DNA from: a virus
Taxonomy: Duplodnaviria; Heunggongvirae; Uroviricota; Caudoviricetes
Length of the DNA: 64,000 nucleotides
Reading direction: 5' to 3' (one strand)
Virus record (IMG/VR): IMGVR_UViG_3300025765_000001
Positions 42,296 to 51,187 of this stretch are shown here, one piece after another. The translations under genes and the position numbers were made by a program. The notes below the pieces were generated by a model, which worked only from the letters and a program-made list of their open reading frames with translations, was not told the DNA's origin and did not search any database. Position 1 is the first letter of the stretch. Every line of letters begins with the position of its first letter.

Positions 42296-42904
42296 TGTGC
42301 CTTTACAGTCTGGTCTTCTATTTTGGCACTAGTCGGGGTCGTAGTCTCGCTCGATGGGCACGCCCTCGCATTCCTCGACCCAATAGGTAATGCGGTTGCC
42401 ATTGATGGCACGGTCTTTTTTGTTTTTGTATGGCATGGCTACAGTATAAACCGTAGCCGATCTTTGGTTTAACTGTTCTCCGTGACGAACCTTGTGATTT
42501 CGCCGCCGCTGTGCAGTGATTCAAGTTGTTCGATAGTCTTGTCCATATCGAGGCCGATGTCGGCCAAGTTTCGAGCTACCTGCAAGAGATAATCTCGCCC
42601 ACTCATGGGAATGTATTGTAGTCGGTCTTCTTGGAATCCTCATCGACACGGTATCTGTCGGCCTGGAACTCGTTGTAGCGAACGATCTCAGAGCCGCAGA
42701 ACGTAGAACTCGGTCCCTGGGCGGCGACAATGACGCAAAGATACGACATCTCGCTGGGGCAAACGAATTCGTCATTTGGAAACCGCTCTTTGATCCAGGC
42801 TGCGAACTCGTCCCTGTTGTGCAAGATTGGTGACTTCAGTAGCGTTACCGCAAACTGGCTTGTGGACTGTTGGAACATTGCTTTCTCGCTTCACTACATA
42901 CCGT

Positions 42905-43153
42905 ATGAGAAACACCATCATGTTCATCATAGGCATGTCTATAATTGTGTTCCTCGGATGGTTTGTTTGTTACGACTACTATCTCTCAATGACTGGCAGT
43001 AGGACGTTCAGTACCGTGGTCTACGACTGGACGCAAGCAAATCTCAAGAAACCCCACGTCCTAATTAGTACCGCCGTCACCATTGGGCTTACAATCGGCT
43101 TCGTGCTTGGCTTCATCCTTGGACACCTTTTCTGGCCGCACAATCCATCTTAG
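42905..43153 (+). CDS. Small two-TM membrane protein (late class, holin-like size)
   Basis: TACATA 4 nt before the ATG; two TM helices; terminator hairpin at 43178-43209. Confidence 0.5.
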   Translation: MRNTIMFIIGMSIIVFLGWFVCYDYYLSMTGSRTFSTVVYDWTQANLKKPHVLISTAVTIGLTIGFVLGFILGHLFWPHNPS

Positions 43154-45381
43154 TGCAAAATGGCCTTTGGTAAATCAAAAAGCCCAGGCCCGCAAGGGCC
43201 TGGGCTTTGTTGATACAACGCCTTGGCAAGCACTTGTTCAAGGTGCTGCACCGCACCAGCCTCGTCCAAGAACAAGCCATCAAGCTGTGCTTCGTAGCAT
43301 TCGCCGATGACCTGTCCAAACAGCGGCCCCGGCTTGAAACCACGGTCGATCAGGTGTTGTCCGCCAATGATCGGCCTTGGTTTTGCAGCCTCAATAGCCA
43401 ATCGCTCTGCGATAGCAGCGATCTCCTTGGCTGGTTCTGGTAGACCACCGGCAAGCGGGGGGCGTCCTGAATGGTCGGCTTCGAGAATGAGCAATAATTC
43501 TTTCATTGTTGCTTTCCCAAGCCGAACAGATAGACGCCGTACCACTCGATCCGTGATCTCGCTGGTGGTCATGCAAATCATATGCTCTGCAACCAGCGGC
43601 AGAACCTTATCTACAATCCTTTGTAGACACCCAATCCTTTCCAAGAATCGGCGAGCTAAAGGTACTCCTACCTCTGCGTGACCCGGCGATCTCCACCTGT
43701 ACGTTGATGAGTGGATTCCTTGTTCTGGCAATGTCTTGCCAAGGTCTTGACAACTTCTATTTTGTCCATTCTCATCAACGTACACGGTGGTCCCGCCGTT
43801 TTGTGGTAGGGCTTTCCCTAAATCGTGGCAGAGAGCCGCAAGTATGATCGTAGCACGATCCTCGCCTTGCAAGCCTTCTCTATCACAGATACGGGCAGCG
43901 GCATCGCATACATGGAGCGTGTGTGTCCAGGCACAACCGATTCTGACTTCAAAACTAGATTTTTCTTCTAGTTTTTGAAGTAGTTCTACTCCATTATAGG
44001 GTGAAGGCAGGTACACAGGAGTAGAACCATGACAGTCAATGCTTCCATTCACTCGAAGGTCGAAGTGAACGAGTACATCACCATCAATGGTAGAACCAGT
44101 CGCATCCACTACAACAAGGGATACGCTTACACCAGTTGGCCTGGGCATAACGGAACCATTGGTGTCCATCGAATCTTGATGGAATTGCACTTGGGGCGAG
44201 AACTCTTTTCCAGTGAGCATGTTCATCACAAAGATGGCAACCGACTCAACAATAGCCTCGATAACCTCGAAATCATTGATGGCTCGATTCACAACCGACA
44301 GCATACAACTCTCAGGAATCTTAAACATGATCCTGATAATTTTACCTGCCTCGATTGCGGATCGACCGAACGACCACACAAGGCTTTCGGGATTTGCGAA
44401 AGTTGTTGGTTCAAACGTCGCCGAAAAACCATCGCCAAGAGACCCTGTGCTATTTGCAGCAGAGAGACCGTCAACGGCACCGTCTATGCCGGGCTTTGCG
44501 GGCGATGTGCCTGCAACAACTGGCATTGCTGCCGACTTTGCAGAAGAACTAGAAAAGAACTTCCGCAAAGTAAAACTCCGATCAACCCTGATGGTTTGTG
44601 TAGAGCTTGCCAAGCGAGAGTTAAACGGAAACTCCAAGAACTTTCGTTCAAGTAGCTCCCATCCTTCCGGGTGCCATTCAGGGTCTTGTGGAACGTCGAT
44701 CAGATTCAATAGCTCTGGGTAGAGCCGAATCCAGCCGCTCTCTACAAGGAATCGAAGGCCCAGAGAAGGAAGTACGCCTTTCAAAGCCCACTTCTCCCAC
44801 TCGCCCCAGATACGCTCAATAGCTAAGGTATCGGCCTCGCAGATTAGCTTCTGGCACATATCAAGCGTTCTAGCATCGGCGATCAGCTTAAACCGGCTTG
44901 CGAACTGGAAGCCCCTCAGCACCCGTAGTGGGTCTTCAGAGAAGTGTTCGCTGATAGCTCGCAATACGCCGTTGAGCAAATCCTGCTTGCCGCCATATGG
45001 GTCTACCAATTGCCCGTCTAACCTCTTGCCGATGGCATTGATGGTGAAGTCACGCCGCAGTGCGGCCTCAGCCGGGGTCATCGTGTGATCGACTTCGACC
45101 TGAAAGCCTCTGTGCCCTCGCCCGGTCTTGTTGTCACGGCGAGGTAGAGAGAAATCGAAGTCTTCATCCTCGGTAGTCAGCTTGATAACACCAAAGGACT
45201 CGCCGACTATGCTCACCTTGCCGAAACGACGCAGTACGATGCACAGAGCCTCGGCACTAAGGCCAAAGACTTCAACATCTACGTCTTTGCTTTCCAGGCC
45301 GAGTAGCTCGTCACGAATACAGCCACCGACCTTGATGGGGTCGCCGCCTGCCGCAACGATGGCTTGTAGGATATGGTTCAT
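43150..45381 (-). CDS. cca: CCA-adding tRNA nucleotidyltransferase with HD domain, carrying a 242-codon in-frame insertion
   Basis: 'VGGCIRD', DxD 'DVDVE', 'RRDFTINA', 'EDPLRVLR', 'PQDPEWHPEG|...|CAWTHT', 'HDLGK', 'EAD', 'PGP.FG'. Confidence 0.92.
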   Translation of the reverse strand: MNHILQAIVAAGGDPIKVGGCIRDELLGLESKDVDVEVFGLSAEALCIVLRRFGKVSIVGESFGVIKLTTEDEDFDFSLPRRDNKTGRGHRGFQVEVDHTMTPAEAALRRDFTINAIGKRLDGQLVDPYGGKQDLLNGVLRAISEHFSEDPLRVLRGFQFASRFKLIADARTLDMCQKLICEADTLAIERIWGEWEKWALKGVLPSLGLRFLVESGWIRLYPELLNLIDVPQDPEWHPEGWELLERKFLEFPFNSRLASSTQTIRVDRSFTLRKFFSSSSAKSAAMPVVAGTSPAKPGIDGAVDGLSAANSTGSLGDGFSATFEPTTFANPESLVWSFGRSAIEAGKIIRIMFKIPESCMLSVVNRAINDFEVIEAIVESVAIFVMNMLTGKEFSPQVQFHQDSMDTNGSVMPRPTGVSVSLVVVDATGSTIDGDVLVHFDLRVNGSIDCHGSTPVYLPSPYNGVELLQKLEEKSSFEVRIGCAWTHTLHVCDAAARICDREGLQGEDRATIILAALCHDLGKALPQNGGTTVYVDENGQNRSCQDLGKTLPEQGIHSSTYRWRSPGHAEVGVPLARRFLERIGCLQRIVDKVLPLVAEHMICMTTSEITDRVVRRLSVRLGKATMKELLLILEADHSGRPPLAGGLPEPAKEIAAIAERLAIEAAKPRPIIGGQHLIDRGFKPGPLFGQVIGECYEAQLDGLFLDEAGAVQHLEQVLAKALYQQSPGPCGPGLFDLPKAILH
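43936..44661 (+). mobile_element. 726-bp homing-endonuclease element inserted in inverted orientation in cca
   Basis: Removing it restores HPEG-CAWTHT; it contains an HNH ORF and terminal hairpins. Confidence 0.8.
44029..44655 (+). CDS. HNH homing endonuclease (HNH_3/I-HmuI-like) with C-terminal Cys-rich Zn-finger repeats
   Basis: 'VHRILMELHLGREL..SEHVHHKDGNRLNNSLDNLEI..H..H'; several CxxC pairs; SD AGGAG within a 10-bp stem. Confidence 0.9.
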   Translation: MTVNASIHSKVEVNEYITINGRTSRIHYNKGYAYTSWPGHNGTIGVHRILMELHLGRELFSSEHVHHKDGNRLNNSLDNLEIIDGSIHNRQHTTLRNLKHDPDNFTCLDCGSTERPHKAFGICESCWFKRRRKTIAKRPCAICSRETVNGTVYAGLCGRCACNNWHCCRLCRRTRKELPQSKTPINPDGLCRACQARVKRKLQELSFK

Positions 45382-46451
45382 CTCGGCCTCCTATTTTTAT
45401 CCTTCCTCTTGACACGCCTGCGGTCTTCTGGGTTCGGGTCATCTAAATAACCCCTTCTTCTGTGAAAGAAAAGGGCCTGCGGCCCCGTAGGGCCAACCAA
45501 AGTTTGTCGGCTAGTTCAGGGTGTTTGGCAACAACAAGATCGCTTCCGTTGATCGTCCAACGCCTGTAATCACCATCGGCTTCATCGAAGTCTTGTTCTT
45601 CGTAAGCCTTCGCCATCCTCTTCTGCCGTTTGGTTAATGCCAACTTCCAACCTCCAACCTCCGATCAATGTTCGGCCTGTAGGCCACGCCGACGCAGGAA
45701 TTCACGAATCAACTGGTCAGGGGTTTCGATACCGTGTAGCGTTCCGCCTTGCTCGACAATCGTGGTCGCCATCGAGCTTACGGAGTAGGTACAAGGGTTG
45801 TCGCCCTCGTGATCCTGCACCACGATGAGGAAGCACCGCTTGCCCAGCTTTTTTACTAACGTCTGGACTGGCGAGAACAGTTGCTTGAAGCCCACGGCAT
45901 CGCACATGTAGTAGTCACCGGTATCGGCCTTTTTCTTGTACGAAGCCGTTGGCCTCTCCGTGTGGAGACCAGTTCTCACCCTGCATCTTGGCGAAAGCAT
46001 CATTGATGTCGTTGGCCTTGATGTGCGTGCGTTCGGGCCTGTCGATATCAGGCAGGGCATTCTGTTCTTCCAGAAAGGCATACCCCATGATGCCGTCACG
46101 GAAAAAACCGGGCGACATATACCAGACATGGTATTCGGTTGTGCCGTGGTTCAGGCCAGGAAATTCGCTCAGCTTCACGATTGGTCCTCCTCTGTTCACA
46201 GCCATCTAGTAATGACCAGATAAGCAAAGATAGCGATGCCGATGAACGGCAGGGCGATCAGCAGGATCAGAAGTCACAAGCGTAGCGTAGTCGTCCTCGG
46301 CCCCGCCGCTCATCGTGAATCCTTGGCCCGCATCTTCTTCAGTTCCGTCACTCCCGCTTACCTTCGATCAGGTCATCGATGCTCTTGGCATCGAGAGTGA
46401 GAAACTCAGCCATGTCAGACCCTCGTGTGGTTGAGGCATGGAGCGTGCCGG

Positions 46452-46733
46452 TTAGTCGTCCTCATCATCGTCCGGATCGTCATCATCATCTAAGTCGTCA
46501 TCGTCCGAATCGTCATCATCGAAGTCGTCATCGTCCAGATCGTCGTCATCATCCAGATCGTCGTTATCGAATTCTTCGTCCTCGAAGTCGTCGTCGTCTG
46601 GCTCATCGAATTCCGGGTCATCATCAAAATCGTCTTCGTCCTCGTCGGGACCGGCGACGACGACATCCGCACCGTGAGCGAAAATGACGGTCTCGACATC
46701 GGGCAACTGAACTTCAAACGTTTGGGTTGTCAT
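46452..46733 (-). CDS. Extremely acidic (Asp-rich) small protein
   Basis: SD AAGGAG; the C-terminal ~65 aa are mostly D/E; lies directly downstream of the mini-tmRNA. Confidence 0.7.
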   Translation of the reverse strand: MTTQTFEVQLPDVETVIFAHGADVVVAGPDEDEDDFDDDPEFDEPDDDDFEDEEFDNDDLDDDDDLDDDDFDDDDSDDDDLDDDDDPDDDEDD

Positions 46734-46773
46734 GGGTATTACTCCTTTTTGCGAGAACAACCTAGTTCAGGAG

Positions 46774-46913
46774 TGGAGGCGAGGGGAGTCGAACTCCTGT
46801 CTAACTGAGTTGCTAGGTTGCCGCCGAGTTTTCGTTGTACGCATTTGTCTCGGCTTGGGCTACCACGCCCCAGGTATCTACTTGGCTCAGCTATCGAAAC
46901 CGTGAACGCCCCC
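46774..46913 (-). ncRNA. ssrA: Miniature tmRNA (140 nt; 3' CCA not encoded)
   Basis: Acceptor stem GGGGGCG/CGCCTCC-A (G3:U70, A73); stemless D-loop TTCACGGTTTCGA; helix 2 TAGCTGAG/CTCAGTTA; GAC + T-arm AGGAG-TTCGACT-CCCCT; tag frame at 46813-46842. Confidence 0.85.
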
Positions 46914-46980
46914 TTTAGCCACACTTGCGAAGGTGTGGCTTTGTACGACAGTCGCATATAGTTCTTCTATTTTGATCCTC

Positions 46981-47352
46981 CTATACAAGAATTTTACGAT
47001 CAACCGCCTGCTGGAACGCCCGTTCGTATAGTTCCAGTAAACGAGCCATTGGGTCCGTTGTCTTTTTGGGGATGTATTGCACGACAACCCAGGAAGGCAC
47101 ATTCTGTTCGTTGTACCTGTCCACGCCACGCATAATGCAGGTGATCTTCTCGCCGTAGCCAAACTTCACAAAAAGGCGATTTGCGAGTTTGCGACCCTCA
47201 TCCGTCCAGGGCAGAACCACGAAGCGAATCCGATTATTGCCACGGCAAGCTGAGTAGCTGCCGCTCAGAGCCTTGACCGCCTTCGTGAACTTGATGAAGG
47301 ACGGGTTGGCATGTAGATGCAACTCGACGTGCTTGGGTACTGGTGCTGTCAT
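46981..47352 (-). CDS. Hypothetical protein
   Basis: SD AAGGAGG; downstream of promoter TTTACA-N16-TACAAT (47376-47403). Confidence 0.6.
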   Translation of the reverse strand: MTAPVPKHVELHLHANPSFIKFTKAVKALSGSYSACRGNNRIRFVVLPWTDEGRKLANRLFVKFGYGEKITCIMRGVDRYNEQNVPSWVVVQYIPKKTTDPMARLLELYERAFQQAVDRKILV

Positions 47353-47651
47353 TGGTCCTCCTTAATTCAGGCCCCATTGTATTGCCAAAGCACTTTCTGT
47401 AAAGCCGGGTTTAGCGGCTTTTCTTCGCCTGTTGTTTGGCTTTATAGCGTTCCAGAGCGACCTGCCTCGGTCATGTTAAGCAAGGCCCAGCCGGAAAAAC
47501 CACTCCACGCTGCCCAGCCAGCATCTACAATAGATTTAACAGTGCGGGCGTGTCGTTGCCGTTCATGGTTTTAACTTCCCGATCCTGCAACGGCAAGGCC
47601 CGCAACTACCGGCCCGCAACTACCGGACTTGTTGTTTCGATGGCGTCCGCA

Positions 47652-48107
47652 TCACTTTTCCTTCATGCGTGGAGCGTTGGGGAAGTCACGGTCGAAGCCG
47701 TCTAGCTCGTACTTGGCCTGATTCCTGGCGATGCGAAGGCTCTCACGGCAGTAGGCCATGATACGCAGATCGTTTTCACTCTCGCCACGCCCGCACATGC
47801 GAGCTAAACGAGCGAAATGTACGGGTGGATAGAGACCTAGGTTGATATAGCTTTCGCAAATCTCCCAGGACAGATTCATCCCGCCGCCCGTCAACACTAG
47901 TGCCAGCTTGTCATCCGCCTCGAAGCGAACGATGGTGGTACAAACCAACAACTCCTGCACATTGTCTGGGATATCGAATCCATCAGGCAACGGGTAGTAG
48001 TTCATCATGGGGAACCAGCCGTCATTGTTCTCGGTGTCCCTCATGCCGCTGCCATTGCAATCCTCGCAATCAACTTCGCCGTCGCCCCCACATTCGGGGT
48101 ATTCCAA
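47652..48107 (-). CDS. Hypothetical protein with a DnaJ-like CxxCxGxG motif
   Basis: SD GAGGAGG before TTG 48107; 'CEDCNGSG', 'LTGGGMNLSWEIC..YI.LG'. Confidence 0.55.
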   Translation of the reverse strand: MEYPECGGDGEVDCEDCNGSGMRDTENNDGWFPMMNYYPLPDGFDIPDNVQELLVCTTIVRFEADDKLALVLTGGGMNLSWEICESYINLGLYPPVHFARLARMCGRGESENDLRIMAYCRESLRIARNQAKYELDGFDRDFPNAPRMKEK

Positions 48108-48118
48108 TGATTCCTCCT

Positions 48119-48409
48119 CACTTACAAAGACGCTGTTGGATAGCCTCGGCCTTCGTGTAGGTCGAAGCACGATTTAGTTCCTTGCCCTTGCCGTCCTTGA
48201 CGATCAGGATGCCCACTTACAAAGACACTATTGAATAGCCTCGGCCTTCGTGTAGGTCGAAGCACGATTTAGTTCCTTGCCCTTGCCGTTCTTGACGATC
48301 AGGATGCCCACTTACAAAGACACTATTGGATAGCCTCGGCCTTCGTGTAGGTCGAAGCACGATTTAGTTCCTTGCCCTTGCCCTTGCCATCCTTGACGAT
48401 CAGGATGCC
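48119..48409. repeat. Tandem triplication of a 95-bp unit (3' end of a gene)
   Basis: Copies start at 48119, 48214 and 48309; they differ only by transitions plus one 6-bp duplication. Confidence 0.9.
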
Positions 48410-49036
48410 ATTCTCCATCACGGCATTGACATTACCACCACTGCCGAAGAAGTTGATGTCTTCAGCGATCTTTTCGGCTTCGTCCAGCGTGAGAGCATCA
48501 GCAGGGACGCCACAGGTGCAGACCGGTTCGTCCCGACCTTTCTTCACTGGCTTCTTGACTCCGGCCTTCGGCTCTTCCTTCGTTCGTTCTTCGGGCGGCT
48601 TGCAGCCGCCGACGCAGTAGCCGTAGTCTGATGTATAGTCCTCACGGACCATCTCTCCGCAGTAACCACAGCGGCGGGTTGTTAGGCCATAACCCTTCGG
48701 CCACGCCTTGCGGCCATGCACGTTCCGCAAGGCCCACAGCAGGGTCTTGAAGGGCATCGAATCTTCTTCCCAGCGAGACTTCGTGGTGATCCGATATAGC
48801 CGTACTCCCTCTCCAGAGCCGGGTGATTGGTGCGTACTAGCGAGGCGAAGAACCGGCGAGTCTTGCCGGTGCCATTGCAGTTCATGTAGTGCGTGTTGCC
48901 AATTGCGATGCAATCAAGCTCGGCCAACGTGATCTTGTAGACGAATTCGTGATCGTTGGCGTTGTGTACATGGAAGATGGCGTTGCCGCTGAACAACCAC
49001 TCCCAGCATGGTACGGTAGTGCTAGTTGCCACGGTC

Positions 49037-49525
49037 TCAGTCCTCTTTCTGGATGTTCCTCGTGTACCGGCAGTTGGGGTAGTTGCTGCACCCCAGGAAT
49101 CGCCGCTTGTCGTCTCTGGTCTGCTTCGGAATGATCGGATGATCGCATTCCGGGCACCGCTCCTTCGGCATGTAGTCGAGCCAGGAGTCCAGGCGATTTT
49201 GCAGGTTCTTCTTCCAGGTCTGAATGCGGAGAACCTTCTTGCTGCCGCCGACTTCGACGGGGTAGCCATCGGACGGACGACGCATCCAGAGAGCGACCCG
49301 AATGGCGTCTTCTCCAGACGCACGGCTCTCGCCTGTCGGATTGATGCCGGTGTAGATGCGGAGCGACAGCACCAAACCGTCCTGATCGACCCGCTTGGCG
49401 TACACGACTTCGATGGTGCGGTCTTCGGGTCGGAACTTCTTGGAATCGACACGCTTGAAGCCCTGGGGAGCCAGGAAAGCGTCGATCTCATCCAGTGTGA
49501 CGTTGTGATAAGCCTTCTTGGTCAT
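49037..49525 (-). CDS. Hypothetical protein with a C-terminal topoisomerase-type C4 zinc ribbon
   Basis: 'CPECDHP...FLGCSNYPNCRYT'; promoter TTGACA-N16-TACAAT at 49566-49593. Confidence 0.7.
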   Translation of the reverse strand: MTKKAYHNVTLDEIDAFLAPQGFKRVDSKKFRPEDRTIEVVYAKRVDQDGLVLSLRIYTGINPTGESRASGEDAIRVALWMRRPSDGYPVEVGGSKKVLRIQTWKKNLQNRLDSWLDYMPKERCPECDHPIIPKQTRDDKRRFLGCSNYPNCRYTRNIQKED

Positions 49526-50124
49526 GGGTCAGGCCCTCGTGCGATGGTGAACCTCAACTACACCCATTGTAGTCGTGGCGGGGCCGATGTCAAGTTGCTT
49601 TAGCTCAGTAAGGCGTTTTTCTTCAGAATCTCGATGATCTCGGCTAGGGTTACCCTATCCTGGTTGTGAAACACCAGTTCTAGCTTGTAGGCCCCGTTCG
49701 TGGTCGTGTAGCCGGTGAAGTAGCGGCCATTTTCTAGTTTCTACCCCATGCTTCTAGGATCGAGACCCAGGCTGAGAACGAATTGATCCATCACCAGTTT
49801 TGCGGCGGCATCGTTGAGGTCACGTTGACGGCTGGCCCTGATACCGTCTACCTCGGCCAGCAACCACTTCACGGCCAGTTCGATCTTGTCGTCTGGCATC
49901 GTGCCGCCTTCGTCGCTGTAGATGCGTTGTTGGTGCTTACCGTATCTGGCCTTCTTGATGACAATTCTATTTTCGCCATATAGCCGGTAATCCACATGGA
50001 TTCGCTCGCCGTAGACGGTGAAGACAGATGCCTCCTTGCTGGCTGCGGGATCGTGTACTTTCACACGCTCTAGCAGCTTGTTTGAAATAACCTCGGTCAG
50101 TGTTTAGAAGTCCATTGGCCCTCC

Positions 50125-50616
50125 TTATTTTGTTGCTTGCTTTGCCAGCCATTCCGTCATCGTGATCCTGGCATCCTCGACCATGATGACGCAGTTCTTC
50201 CCCTGGGGGTTGAATTCGGTTGCTCCATAGTCGAATTCGTACCAAGCGTCCTTGCCTGTTTCTTCCTTGGCCTTGGCTACCTCTTTACGAATGCGGCGGC
50301 TGCCGCTATCCGTAACCTTGAGACTGAGGCCCTGGTCGCCCATGCGAACGGCGACATGGAACCGCTTGTATTCTTTTGCCGTGGTCACGTCTACATCGGC
50401 GATGTCGGTGATATGACGCTTCGGTTCGTTGGCCGACTGCCAATTCGGTTTCGTGGCCGGGCTGTTGTCCTCGTGAGTCGCCGGTGTTGTCCAGCTTGCA
50501 TCATTGGACAGATTGATACTCTGCCAAATCATGATGCCGCCACGAGTACGAATCCATTCTGCGATCTTCGCAGCGTTGGCCTCGTCACACGTATATCGTT
50601 CCATTGTTTCTGGCAT
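50125..50616 (-). CDS. Hypothetical phage protein
   Basis: SD AAGGA; 163 aa. Confidence 0.55.
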   Translation of the reverse strand: MPETMERYTCDEANAAKIAEWIRTRGGIMIWQSINLSNDASWTTPATHEDNSPATKPNWQSANEPKRHITDIADVDVTTAKEYKRFHVAVRMGDQGLSLKVTDSGSRRIRKEVAKAKEETGKDAWYEFDYGATEFNPQGKNCVIMVEDARITMTEWLAKQATK

Positions 50617-51187
50617 TGCGTGTTCCTTTCTTTCGGTGTTTCCAGGTCCAGACCACCTTCACCCTCGCCCATTGCTCGGTGTCGGTCTTGTCGGTCAAAT
50701 CGTGATATCGGCGATCTCCTGTTTGAAATGATTGGTCATTGTTGAGACCATTCACTCCTGAATGGCAATGGTAAACGAGCGGTTGAAGTTGTGATATACA
50801 CGACAGCGAACCATGCCACGACCCGCCCAGGCCATCCCACCCCATCCTTCGGGCTTGTCGTTCGGGTCGTCCTCATCGTGAACGACATCAGGAGTCAATT
50901 GCACTGTAATCTTCTGGTGTTCCGGCACCTTGTTGTGGCGAGCGAACACCACGACGCAGGCAAGCCATATCGACCGAATCTCTTCAGCCGAATTGGGTAG
51001 ACGGCATGACTTCTTATTGCCGTAACCGTCTGTTTTCAGGAACACCAATTCGGGTAGAAAAGTTATTTTCTTCATCGGTTTTCCCAATCCTCTTCTTCGG
51101 CGATACGATCCACGCAACCGTAACAGAAGCCGGTGATCTCAGGACTCTTGACCGCTGTGTCTTGCCACTCATCGTCATGCGGCCCTC

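Noticed and set aside
43936-44661. Canonical intein or group I intron in cca
   Set aside because: The insert starts with W and ends ...VRIG, with no C/S1 and no terminal HN. No frame-restoring junction gives both an exon-terminal U and an intron-terminal G, and only ~100 nt lie outside the antisense HNH, too little for a ribozyme core.
46774-46913. Ordinary tRNA-Ala or intron-containing tRNA
   Set aside because: There is no D-stem or anticodon arm; the GG...TCGA loop, long helix 2, GAC linker and tag frame fit tmRNA.
47598-47627. 14-bp direct repeat GGCCCGCAACTACC x2 as a regulatory or att site
   Set aside because: A single local tandem duplication, consistent with the slippage seen elsewhere; no integrase or further copy was noticed.
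48119-48409. CRISPR array
   Set aside because: The 95-bp units are contiguous with no unique spacers, derive from a gene's 3' end, and no cas genes are present.
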